Source: Octopus sinensis (Eukaryota). From it: a stretch of DNA of 60,265 nt. A program made the position numbers and the translations under genes. Position 1 is the first letter of the stretch; the number at the start of each line of letters is the position of its first letter. The stretch lies in the NCBI RefSeq assembly GCF_006345805.1, contig NW_021832542.1:1-60265 (forward strand). The letters are read 5' to 3'. This document shows, piece by piece, positions 28,527-41,782 of the stretch. Below the pieces are notes generated by a model. That model was not told the origin of the DNA. It searched no databases and saw only the letters and a program-made list of their open reading frames with translations.

Positions 28527-28917
28527 CATATTCGCATATACATGTATTTGTATATATATATTTGTTGTATTTATTTGTACACACATATTTACCGTTGGTC
28601 GTACAAAACTAACATTAATTTAAGCATCTGATTGAACAAACCGCTGAATCTTACTTAAAACTTAATCTCACAATATAGATGCCAAAAGATTCGACTTTGC
28701 AATTGTTCGGACATCTTCACTTATTAAATTCTACTTCGATATGCAACTTTCTATTATCTCGCTCACACACACACACATGCACATCATATATATTTGCATG
28801 TGTGTGTATATGTATTTGTGTATGTATAAATATATATATATATATATGTGTATATATATATATTATATTATATAATATATAATACATACATACACACACC
28901 ACACATATATATATATG

Positions 28918-28950
<33 letters not shown>

Positions 28951-28960
28951 GTAGGTAATA

Positions 28961-29021
<61 letters not shown>

Positions 29022-29449
29022 ATATAGATATACTTATATCCGCGTGTGTGTGCAAATTGGCTTACGTTTCGAATTTTGTTATGTTTGTGTGGCAAACTTC
29101 TTAGATTTTAAGAATTTAATTCGTTTAGTTTATACGTGTTGTTGGCCCGTGGGAAGAGATTTTATCCGTATTGAACTCCCCCGCCTCCTACACACACTGA
29201 CACATACACACAAGTTATATAATATGCATATGTATACAAATGTATGTGTACGTGTATGCGTCAGTGTGTATGACTGAAGTTTATTGGTGATTATATGTTT
29301 TTTTACGCGTGTAATTCTTTGTATGCTTTTGCATTTATGAATTCATGGATAAATTCTATTCAGGATTTGCATTGTATACAACGAGTATATATATGTATAT
29401 CGGCTCAGCTATATATAAGTTAATATGTATAAGCAGACATATACATATA

Positions 29450-29521
<72 letters not shown>

Positions 29522-29621
29522 TTATATATAAAAATATTCGAGACAAAACCACTATTTTGCAAAACAAACAAGGAAAGACTTAATCAATACATAAAATTTT
29601 AATAAATAGTCAAAAAAACCG

Positions 29622-29664
29622 CCACTACAATCGTTTCTTGTCTTGATCGACAATCTTCAGGTGG
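29622..29664 (-). ncRNA. Compact 43-nt type I hammerhead motif, sense to the nAChR pre-mRNA
   Basis: Reads CCAC-CUGAAGA-UUGUC gaucaa GACAA-GAAA-C GAUU G-UA^GUGG. Confidence 0.75.
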
Positions 29665-29696
29665 ACTTCCAATAATTCAGTGTCAAATACTATACT

Positions 29697-29754
<58 letters not shown>

Positions 29755-30929
29755 ATTACATATATATATATATATCACGCTGAAGTGATACACACAAATA
29801 CCGATTTACATTTGTGAGCCTAAAAAAATAGCTCACTGTATATCTCTATGTATGTATGTATGTATGTATGTATGTATCTATGTATGTATGTATGTATGCA
29901 CCATTCAGTCTGTTTATTTCTCTATTTCCTTTATCCTTCTGTTTATCTCTCTCTCTTTCAATAATGGAGAGTAATCGATATATTTTTTCCATATATATAT
30001 GGAAAAAACAATATGTCGACTACTCATTATTGAAAGTGACGTATGTCACATCCGGCTTCTGGATGCTGTGAAAAAATACTATAAACGTTATAGTTCTCAA
30101 ACGTTATGCCCCTTGATTTTTGATATAATTGCATATTTTTCTTTTTTGCTTTGCTTTCGAATATTTGAACTCGTTAAAGGCTGTGAGCACGCCTTACAAA
30201 ATATTTAGCGTCCGTCTTTATGTTCTGAGTTCAAATTTCGCAGAGGCCATCTTTGCCTTTTATTCTTTTCAAGGTGTTGGGTGAACCCTGCTGTATTCTT
30301 TCATCACAACTTTCTCTCACTCTTTCTTCCTACTTCTGCCACAAAGCAGAGGAACCATGGTGTAATCCACTACAGTGTGGTAAACTTTCAGACCCTAGTC
30401 TAAATTGCGAATCCTCTGTATCCCAGGATGGTTCAGCTCCCCACCCGTTAAAAGCCACCGTTTACGGAATGAGGATAACAACGTAGCTTTGGCGCCCGTG
30501 CAACCGCCAGTCTATCGCGTGTGGTGGGGGTGGATCTTCAAGTTGCCACACTTATTCTTAGTAGCTTGGAGTAGGCTCGAATTGGAGATTATTTTTCGTG
30601 GCTAATGGCGTGAGTCCTGATTGGAGGAAGAAGAAGAACAACAACAACGTTGACAAAACAAAAACAACAACAAGGATAAAAACAATAACAATAAATGTAA
30701 AAATATTAGCAGCAAGAACAAGAACAACAACGTCTACAACAGTTGTAAGAACAGCAAAAACAACAAAGTCGACCTCGGTGGATTTTGAATTCAGAATGTA
30801 AGAACAGGTGACAGGGTGCTAAGCATTTTGCCCGGCGCGGAAAAGATGGAGTCTGTTCGACGCTTTCCAGTAGTAACTAAATTCGTTTCAATGTTTGGAA
30901 GAAGGAGAGCAAATGTAGGGAGGGGAGAA

Positions 30930-31095
30930 GTTGATTAGATCGGCCCTAGTGCTCAACTGGTACTTTTTTTATCGATCCCGAAAGGATGATAGGTAAATTC
31001 GACCTCGGCGGGATTTGAACTCAGAACGTAAAGACGGACGAAATGCCCGCTAAACATCTCGTCCGGCGTGCTCACGATTCTGCCAGCTCGCCGTC
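30930..31095 (-). mobile_element. tRNA-derived SINE family B; other copies at about 3470-3617 (-), 38045-38255 (+), 45860-46065 (+), 50400-50600 (-)
   Basis: Shared GCTGGCAGAATCGTTAGCACG...GAGTTCAAAT...GAGGTCGACTTTGCCTTTCATCC consensus. Confidence 0.8.
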
Positions 31096-32104
31096 TAATA
31101 GAAAGCAACAAAATTAAAAAGAACAACAACAACAAAGACAACAACAACAACAACAACTACTACTACTACTACTACTACAGCTTAGTAATAACAAGAACTA
31201 CAACACATAATCAGCAGCGGCAAGGGAAATTAACAACAAATGACAACAGCAATAATAATAATAATAATAATAACAACAACAATAATAATAATAATAATGA
31301 TGATGATGATAATGATGATGATGATGATGATAACAGCAACAACAACAGCGACAACAACAACAACAATAGCAGAAATACTAATAATAAGAGTAGTAGTAGT
31401 AGTAGTAGTAACAACAACAACAACAACAAGTGTGTTGAAAGTGGTCATCGTCAGCGTTGTCGAAGTGTTATTAAGCAATTTTGTATGAAACATTATCGAA
31501 TGTGTGTAAGTGTGACATCTGCCGCTTTCACAGGCGTCCAATCAATAACGCAACACTTATTGAATGAACAGTCAAAAGATGAGTTTTTCGGTAAAGGAGG
31601 AATAAGAAGAAGGAGGGCGTGTGTTGGCATCGAACGTAAAGAAGGGCTGCAATGATTTGAAGAAGATTACAAGCAGGCTGAGAGGGATGAGTCGGTGGCC
31701 GTGGTGGACGTGGTGACGGTGGTGGTGTTGGTAGTTGAGCGACATAGGTTGGGCACAAGAATAGGGACACGTCTATGGCGAAATATCGATTGTGTGTAGG
31801 AAGTGAGATAATGCTGCAACTGTGGAATGTTAAGTCAAAAAGATTAGATGGAAAGGATGGAGGTATTTAAGGAATTTCTTGACTGAACAACGACACATGG
31901 TTACTATCCTGGCGCTAGTGTCTTTTCGTTCCGTTCACTTATTCGTCCATTTTAATTCTTTAGTATTTCTCCTTCAAACTCTCTCTCTCTCTCTCTTCCA
32001 CTTGCCACCCGTACACTTAATTGCAAACACCCACACACACAGCCACCCACATACCTCCCACACACATACACAATATGTGTGTGTGTGCGTGTGTGTGTGT
32101 GTGT

Positions 32105-32137
<33 letters not shown>

Positions 32138-32301
32138 CATATATGGTTATGTGGTATGAAGTTTTTGCATCCCGGCCACATGATTCCGGATTCAGTCCCA
32201 CAGCGTGGAGACTTGAGCAAATGGCTTTTACTATAGCCCCAGGCCGACCAGAGACTTGTCTGTGGATTTGGAAGATGGAAACTGAATGAAGCCCATTGTA
32301 T

Positions 32302-32342
<41 letters not shown>

Positions 32343-32926
32343 GCTCTGTGTGTGAGTGTGTGTGTATATGTATTCTTTTATTCTTTTGTTTGTTTAAGTC
32401 ATTTGACTGCGGCGATGCTGGAGCATCACCTTTACTCGATCTAGTACTTATTCTATCGGTCTCTTTTGCCGAACCGTCAAGTTAGGGGAACGTAAACACA
32501 CCAAGATCAGTTGTCAAGCAATGGTGTGTGTGTGTGTGTGGGGGCAAACACAGATACACACACACACACACATGTACATAAATTTAAATAAAATGACGTC
32601 TACATTCAGCATATTAGGAGTCCACCTAGAGGTCATTCCTATTATATGTATGTAATATATATACACACATACATACATACATATATTAGCGTGGTATTTA
32701 TTACGTTCGCTATTTTCCAGTAAATATCAGTGCTTCGTTGTGCCATTTATTTACTTTCATGTATAATTTTACCCTCACGGGCTATCCTTTACTGGAAAGC
32801 AATACTCTCGTATTGCATTACTATTTTCATTGAAACTTCTTCACTGTTCTCGTTCTGTTAACGTTTTGGCGTTCAGACGAGTGTACTGGCATAGATGTGG
32901 CAACATTTGAAATATTGTCGAGGTAT

Positions 32927-32998
32927 ATGTAGCTGATGAAGATAAATCAAATATACGTTGGCAGACGTATTTTGAAGAATCTGAAACCGGTACTGTAT
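32927..32998 (+). ncRNA. Type I hammerhead motif inside a partial tandem repeat
   Basis: Reads AUGUAG-CUGAUGA-AGAU...AUCU-GAAA-CCGG-UA^CUGUAU. Stem II is extended by AUACGU/ACGUAU. Confidence 0.75.
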
Positions 32999-34019
32999 TA
33001 TTCGTTATCTATGTTTTTCATTTTTCAGATGTTCTTCCTAGAGGTAAGACAATTTTTTTAATGTTTGTTGCACACACGCATCTTTACTAGTACATACGCA
33101 GTGAAGCTATACATTAGCGTCGTATTTATTACGTTCGCTATTTTCCAGTAAATACCGGTGCCTCGTTGTGCCATTTATTTACTTTTATGTATAATTTTAC
33201 CCCCACGGGCTATCCTTTACTGGAAAGCAATAAAGCAATAAAGTACCCCTAAGAAACTGTATCGGATTAACACTAATAACTTTTGAAACCTATATTATAC
33301 CTCTTAATTTAATATTATTATATAATTAGCATGACCTTTTAACAACAATATTCTTTTAACCAATACCAGGTATCAGTCTTGATTGTAATAAGCTAAATAA
33401 ATTAATAAACAATTTTTAGCTTAATATATTTTGAATTATTATACATTTTCTATAAATCTTCTCTATTGTTGTTAATAAGCTACATATAGTTTATCATGGT
33501 TTTAGTGATTAAGCTATTTTATTTCTTTCCTATGGTATACTGCCCTACCTGAATATTTTATTTCTTTGTTATTTTATAATAGCCTTTATTTATTTATAAA
33601 ATAAATCTAATTTTTGTACCTCTATAAATTCATAATTAGATTATATAAAACAATACTGGTATATTCACTACTTATAATAAACTGCTTAGATTATAATTTA
33701 ATTAATATTTAGTTAGCATGTTCTTTTACATTAGTACTCCTTTATTAAATACCAGTATATACTAATTGATCAATATTCACAGATAACATCTGATAAGTTA
33801 GTATTTAAGTATATAATATGTATGAATATCAAACGATTTCTAGATAATTTCTTTTCCTCTCTCTGTTGTGGTAAAAGTTTGGTATATACTCAAAAGTATT
33901 CCAAAAACTTTTTATCCTTTTGTTATATTCTTAATTAATCTTCTGAATAACCCTAAACTTTAACTTTATACAATATAGCAATATTGTTTAAAATATTTTT
34001 ATTTTAAACAATATTGTTT

Positions 34020-34449
34020 AGTCCCACTGCGTGACACCTTGGGCGAGTCTCTTCTACTATAGTTTCGGGCCGACCAAAGCCTTGTGAGAGGATTTAGTAG
34101 ACGGAATCCTCAGCTGCACAAAGACATAGAATCTCCTTCACTTCAGCTTGGAAGCTACTAAGGTATCAGGAAGAAAGACTTGTTACAGATTTTGCTTGTC
34201 AGTATTTTATGGGGTCAGTTTTAATTCATAGACTAGTCTATGAATTAAAACTGACCCCATAAAATACTGACAAGCAAAATCTGTAACAAGTCTTTCTTCC
34301 TGATACCTTAGTAGCTTCTAAGTTGAAGTATAGGCAATTCTATGTCTTTGTGCAGCTGAGGATTCCGTCTACTAAATCCTCTCACAAGGCTTTGGTCGGC
34401 CCGAAGCTATAGTAGAAGAGACTCGCCCAAGGTGTCACGCAGTGAGACT
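34020..34449. repeat. Spacer-less 430-bp palindrome (215-bp arms, 8 mismatches)
   Basis: The centre is GACT|AGTC between 34234 and 34235. Positions 34151-34318 are perfectly self-complementary. Confidence 0.95.
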
Positions 34450-35720
34450 GAACCCGGAACCATCTGGTTGATAAGCAAGCTACTTACCACACAGCAACTC
34501 CTGTATATATACATGTACACACACATATACATACATGTATATGTATATGTGTGCGTATGTGTGTAGATATATATATACATGTGTGTGTATGTATGTGTGC
34601 GTGTGTGTGTGTGTATCTATGTGTTTGTGTCTATGTTTCTACTCGAACGCCGCTCGACAAAAGGCATTGGTGTGATGACGTCTCAATCCGTAATATACCA
34701 GGCTTTAAAATAATTAGTCTTGAGGTTGATTAGTTTAATTAAAATTCATCAAGACAGTGTCCCAGCATATCTGTAGTGTAATGACTAAAACAAGTTTGAC
34801 AGTAACCTCGAAGTTTCTGGATTCGGCTGACTGAAGTCATGCGTGACGCAACTCCGAAAATCTTAAACTTGTTTTGTATTGTAAAAAACAAAACTGCTTA
34901 ATAACGTCTCACACAAACACACACTCAACATTTATTTATATGTATTTATGTGTGCATGTATGTACTTATATATATGCGAGTGTGATCGTGTGTGTTTCCA
35001 GTATATTACAACCAAGACATACATATCAATAACCGATCGGAGAGTCAATAAAACGATTCTTTTGACCGACAAAGCCCTGCAATATTTTATTCTGCCATAG
35101 TTATCTCGCATTATCGCGCTCGTCATTCTAAATACAGTGGAACGGCGATCATTCAACTGGAAACCTCTAATCAACGACGCTGTTGTTCACAATAGCCATT
35201 TAAAATAACCAGAATGAAATAACCATGCTCTCCACTTAACAGCCATAGGAAGGCGAAAGGGAAGTTTCAAGATTGTTATAATTCTGTGACAGTTTCTGTT
35301 GAAAGGTGGTCTTCAGTGCAAACTGATGTGGTGGTCGTGGCCAAGGTGGTGGTGGTGGTGTGGCTAAGGGGGTAATGGTGGTGGTGGTGGTGGTGGTGAT
35401 GTATTGGTCGTCACTATTTCTCGTTGTTGAGTCAGCACTTTAATTACACAGATGTATTGTATTTAGTGACAGCAACTTCATCAGACAATTCGATCTGCAA
35501 AAGCAGACGCACAGACAAACACAACTGCACACATACAAACACGTGGCACACATGCACTCACACACACAAGCACACATGCACACACACATACACACAGAGT
35601 CACACACTCACGCACGCATACACCCTCGCTCCGTTTCTCTCTCCGCTGACACACATAGACACTCACTCTCACACACAAATACGTATGTATGTGTATATAT
35701 AGGTATATAAACACAGAAAC

Positions 35721-35789
<69 letters not shown>

Positions 35790-35897
35790 CATGCATATAT
35801 GTGTATACACAATTACATATATGCATTTATACATGCATATGTACATACATATACATAAATATATATGTATACATATATGTATATATAACTGCATGTG

Positions 35898-35928
<31 letters not shown>

Positions 35929-35937
35929 ATAAATATA

Positions 35938-35981
<44 letters not shown>

Positions 35982-36177
35982 GTATATACGGTGTGAGAAA
36001 ATGTTTAAGTAATAGTTATTATAGGGAAGATACGAAATACAGAGTGAAGTGAAGGAATGAAAGCAGACATGAGTTACGTAAGGATATTGTATTTGCAGTT
36101 CCATTATTTAAGCAGAATGTTGTATGTATAAGTTTCCTTATATATATACACCATTCTGCTAAACATTTTCTCGCACC

Positions 36178-36227
36178 GTCTCTGATGAAGGGATATATAA
36201 GATATATCTCGGAAACAGCTGTAAGAC
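36178..36227 (+). ncRNA. Type I hammerhead motif with an A.G mismatch at the base of stem II
   Basis: Reads GUCU-CUGAUGA-AGGGAUAUAU aag AUAUAUCUCG-GAAA-C AGCU G-UA^AGAC. Confidence 0.65.
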
Positions 36228-38359
36228 CTTCTCTTTATAAATGTTCTGAAAATTATTCACAGCCTTGGATTTTACACCTCATTCTGTTAATTTGTGACCG
36301 CGTGTGTATCATTGGCGATTTTCTTTCTCCGTATTCCCATCCTTTCCTTTTCCTATGTTTCTGACAAAGAGCTCTGCTCGAAACGTTAAACCCTCCTTCT
36401 TTCTTTCCTGAGCATCCAATAACACTATACTTGCTCCACGTCCTCGCGTTGTTGTGTTTTCTCTTTGTGTTTTCATGTTTGGATTAACTATATATAGAAC
36501 AATCTTACTTAGAAAGGGATGCGTGCGTTCCGTCATATAATATATTAATAAATAAAACACATGCATATATATATACGCATATATGAGTACAGGACACCAA
36601 AAAAAAAAAAAACGTCGAACACAATGAGAAACGATAACATAGACACAAACCCAAGGAACTGGACCTTCGAAACGTAGAGTAGATGAAACCATGGCGACTG
36701 AAGAAGGGGTTTTTTCCTTGTGTTATTTGTCCTGTACTCTATTTTTTTGTTGTTTAAGAAAAATGTCCAGTTCCTTGGGTTTGTGTCTATGTTATCGTTT
36801 CTCATTGTGTTCGAGGTTTTTTTGGTGTCCTGTACTCATATATGCGTGTATATATACATGTAGAGGTAGGTACGTACATATATGTATATATATATGCATA
36901 TGTTTTATTTATTAATATATATATATATACTACTCGAACCTAGATCTTAAAGAGAAAGAACAAATTTTGTAATAGATTTTCTTTTATCTTCCAATAACTG
37001 TATTTATTTGCTGACTACGAAATACTGCTTTGTATTTCGTAGGCGACTTGAAGGAGATTCGAAATCACAGCCTGCAGGTTAGTAGACTGGATCTCGAATC
37101 AACTTAGTCAGAGGGCTGTTTTTGTTGTTGTTTAAATCACAGCCAGCCCTAATCGATCAGACGTATTTTACACTTGACCAAGCGATCTACAATAGTACGA
37201 TCTCGAATCTGATCGTTTGTGTCTCACACTGTAGTTAAAAGATAGTTCAAAAGTCTATTGATCTGTGATTTTTGTGCAGTGCGTAAATCACTCTCAATTT
37301 ATCCACTTGTGTTGTGTGTTGTAAACTATCGATGAAATGACTATGTAATTATCTGGAGCAATTAATGTAATTATCTGAGTGTCTTAATAATAGAGCGGCA
37401 GCATGAATATGTAAATTTAAACATCCGTTCTCACATATGTGATGGACTGCAGTCGTACATAGCAAACATGCACACGCACACACAAATTCACACTCATACA
37501 CAGACTTGTACATACACGCACACATACACAAACACACACCTACGCGTTACTTACTTATAAGTTACATACACTCGTATCCGCTTATACACACTATGCACAC
37601 ATACTTTTGACGTCATCAGAAATTTATAATCTTTTGTGAGCACGTGAAATAGCTTGATGACGAAGCATATAATGCTTTAAATACCATGTGAATATTGGGT
37701 TAAAAGACCCTTTTCTGTCTAGGGGATATGGGTTCGAGCCCCTTGAGTAGCCTTCGACATTTTTTATCCCATACAGTTTTCAACCCAATATTTATTTGCT
37801 ATTATTCATAGCTTTACGTGCTTCAAGATCCACCGTTGCAAAAGCCTATTACACACATATATGCTCGTCTGTGTGTTTGTACATATGTCAAGAAAAGTCA
37901 TTCAATATGTAGGCGTAAATAAAATTTGCTAACTTACTCAAAGAGCTAGTAAATGTTTGGGGAATTTAATCGATACAAGCGATCCTAGTTCTTGACTAAT
38001 ACTTTAGTCGCGCTTTTAGACAGTTTATTATTATAAACAAACGTAAGGTGGCGTGCTGGCAGCATCGTTAGCACGCAGGATGAAATGCTTAGCGGTATTT
38101 CACCCGTCGCTATGTTCTGAGTTTAAATTCTGCTGAGGTCGACTTTACCTTTCATCCTTTCGGGATCGATGAAATAATTACCAGCAAACACTGGGGTCGA
38201 TATAATCGACTAGTCCCCTCCCCACAAATTTCAGGCCTTGTGCCTTTAGAAGTAAGGATTATTATAAACAATCGTAAGGTAGAGAGCTGGCAAAACCGTT
38301 AGTACGTCCCGCATAAATGTTTGTGGTATTTCATCTGTTCTTACGTTCTTAGTTCAAAT

Positions 38360-38741
38360 TCATCTGTCACATCTTAGAATTTCCAATAATTCGGTGCCGT
38401 AAAGTCTACTCCAATATCTATGATTTATAAAAGGCGACCTGTGTTTGACTATATTGCAGGTAATATTTTCAGTGTGCCACGTAACCTTAGCATTACCATG
38501 TCTCCTAAAGTTGTGAAAATGAATATATAATCTTTTCTTGAGGGTAATTGCATTTGAGCCAATACTAGTAAATGTAATTCTTTTGGCATGCACATTACAT
38601 CTATAGACAATATTCCTTGTTAGACAAATTGTTAAGAAGGCATTGAAAATCTTTTGTACAATTGCGCAACACTGGAGGTTGATGGACATTAATTTACTGG
38701 TATAACCACTTCATTTACTGGGGAAAATCGACTCCAATACT

Positions 38742-38752
<11 letters not shown>
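38360..38752 (-). mobile_element. Penelope-like element GIY-YIG endonuclease fragment (degenerate); partial near-duplicate at 40594-40755
   Basis: The ORF contains CLTRNIVYRCNV...TSIGS...LKKRLYIH, which resembles the CL..(I/V)VY....YIG...K.R...H pattern of PLE GIY-YIG domains (recognised by eye). Confidence 0.6.
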
Positions 38753-38773
<21 letters not shown>

Positions 38774-38817
38774 TGTATGTATGTATGATGTATGTATGTG
38801 TATATATATTATATATT

Positions 38818-38853
<36 letters not shown>

Positions 38854-40800
38854 ATATATATACGTGTGTGTATATATATATATGTGTGTGTGTGTGCGTA
38901 ATATATATACACACCACACACACACACACATATATAGTCATATTCTTTATGACAAAATATAAGACATCCTGCCCTACGTTGTTTTCATCTTTAAGAAAAC
39001 CCATCAGCTAGCAATCAGTGAACATGTATAGACGGTAAAATTATTGATTATATGAAGCTCCTCAATGCATACAATTATAAAATTACCCGACACTTATGAG
39101 ATCTATTCTGATAACTATACATATTGTTATAGTCAGTTATGTTTCAGAGTATATACAGCTTTTCTAACGTAAAGAACGATAGTCAGGAAACATTTTCTCA
39201 TGTCGTCCCATAAGGCATCGTGAATAAGCATGTTCGTATCAGCACACGATATCACTTTAACACTTTGCATATAAAGCGACTGAATCTAGAAGTGCATTTA
39301 TATGTGTACCTTAAGTTGATTATATATAAGTTCTACTCAACGGGTTAGACAAGACCTTTTCCCTTTCGCTAACACAGACACAGTGAACCAGGGAACGATC
39401 CGTTGGAAACCTGAGCTCAACGACGTTGATGTTCACGAAATGCAATATAAAATAAACTGAATAAGTAAATACATCAGTAAAGAGCATGCGCACAACCGTT
39501 CGTAATTACCGTGTCGTTTTACCGCCTACTTATTAAGATGGCGACCGTATAAGGGTTCTCTCGTAAGAACAGCAGAAACAAGACCGCTACCATGCCAGTT
39601 TCTCATTACTAGCTCTTCATTAACATCTCATTATATAATTCATTAGAATAATTTCACGCCCGCTTTCTCATTACCATTTTCGCCATTTAACCGCCACTGC
39701 TCTTTTTGCCTTATTGGCAGCACATTCGTTTTGTTTCTTTGTCGCTTGTATTAAACTGAGAATTTACACGTCAAGTATTAGACCTCATAGTTTCCATTTG
39801 AAAAGATTAGAAATTGTTTTATTCCTTTACACCTTTTGACCAGAAAGCCGTGTCATCGATATAACACATAGTTATTGATTAAAATATCAAATCGACTAAT
39901 TACAACCCGAAACGAAATCGGAAATAAAACCAAACGAAATAAAAGTAAAGCAATCAGTTTATAATGAAGACCAGTTTTTATAAAGGGACCAAATTAGATT
40001 TATAAAACGAAAGTTGATGATGAAAACTAATTTAAACTACGCCCCTAATATTATTTCTTCTTATCGTATTATCGACTCCACCGTCGTCCCTACCACGAAA
40101 TAACGAAAGCCAAAATCTCTTTCTCTGACGCATCGCATTTCATTTTATATCAGAATGACACTGTGTCGTTACTTGATTGGTTACAGCTGTCTGCCAAATA
40201 TAAGAAGTCGTAATATACAACAATAAAATAATTTGGGACGCAAATGGGCATTAAATTAAATCTAATTGAAAACGAAATCAGAAGCAGCTGCTTGCTCAGC
40301 GGTTATTTGATAGACATTCTATGATGAAGAAGGATATTGTATATCCCAGTGAAATATCTACTCGGAAAAACAAAGAACAACTGCAACAGAAAGAGGAAAA
40401 GTTCCTTGAAACCCCAATAATTTAACATCTAAGTGGAATAGAACGGTTTTAGCTAAGTTTATCTGGGAACGAAATGAAAAATGTGAGCACTTGCGTAGTA
40501 TTTGTCTACGGACCGACAAAATCATATGCGAAGGGAGAGAAAATGTATGAACGCCATATTACACAAAAATCTAAAATGTCATTACCGTCCTGTTCTTTTG
40601 GCATGCACATTACATCTGTAGACAATATTCCTTGTAAGACATAAATTGTTAAGAAGGCATTGAAGATTTTTTGTACAATTGCGTAACACTGGAGGTTGAT
40701 GGACATTAATTTACTGGTATAACCACTTCATTTACTGGGGAAATCGACTCCAAACTTATAATACTTATACATGTATATATGTGTGTATGATATATATATA

Positions 40801-40842
<42 letters not shown>

Positions 40843-41022
40843 ATATTATATATATTATGTGAAATAGAAAGATGAATAATCTTGTTCAGCTCCATTTCTT
40901 CAATTCACCAATAATGTTTTATATAATATATATATATATATATTATGTATATATAATGTATATATATATATATGTTATATATATATATATATATATAATT
41001 ATATATATATATATATATATAT

Positions 41023-41062
<40 letters not shown>

Positions 41063-41722
41063 TGTATATATATATATATATATGAATGATATTACTCCAA
41101 GGTCTTCCAGAATACAGACCAAAATATCTATACACCCAAAATAATAGCGACCGGACACAAGTTCTTAATATCTGCTCAGATCTCCATCAAGATCCCTACT
41201 TACATCCAGTCGCTTATGAGTTACTTGCAACTAAATAAGGGCCCACAATCGGACCATTTGGACCTCACAAGCGATTAAGTTGTGAAGGAGTTAAGAAACA
41301 AAAACGATCTGGGCAAAAATAACATATTATAAAATGTACACCAGATAGAAAGATTAGTTAATGTTATTTGATTATTTTCTGCTCGATTAGATCGACCCCA
41401 GTACAGCTTCGAATGCGTCTTTCAGTCAGGAAGGCACAAATATAATCTACGCTGCGGAGACATACATTTTTATAACCCCAGGTGTATGTGGTCTTTTATT
41501 CTTTTACTTGTTTCAGTCATTTGACTGCGGCCATGCTGGAGCACCGCCTCTTAATCGAATATATTATACCCAGGACTTATATTTTTAAAGCCTAGTACTT
41601 GTTGTATCGGTCTTTTTGCCGAACATCTAGCTTATGGGGACGTAAACGAAGTAACACGGGTTGTCAAGCGCTGATGCCGGATCAAAAACAGACACAAATA
41701 CACACACATGAATATATATATG

Positions 41723-41782
<60 letters not shown>

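Noticed and set aside
35281-35330. CUGAAGA...GAAA on the minus strand
   Set aside because: Stems I and II do not pair, so this is a chance match.
36665-36715. A type II (permuted) hammerhead
   Set aside because: No stem I hairpin can form between the NUH site and CUGAAGA, so these are more likely rearranged pLTR pieces.
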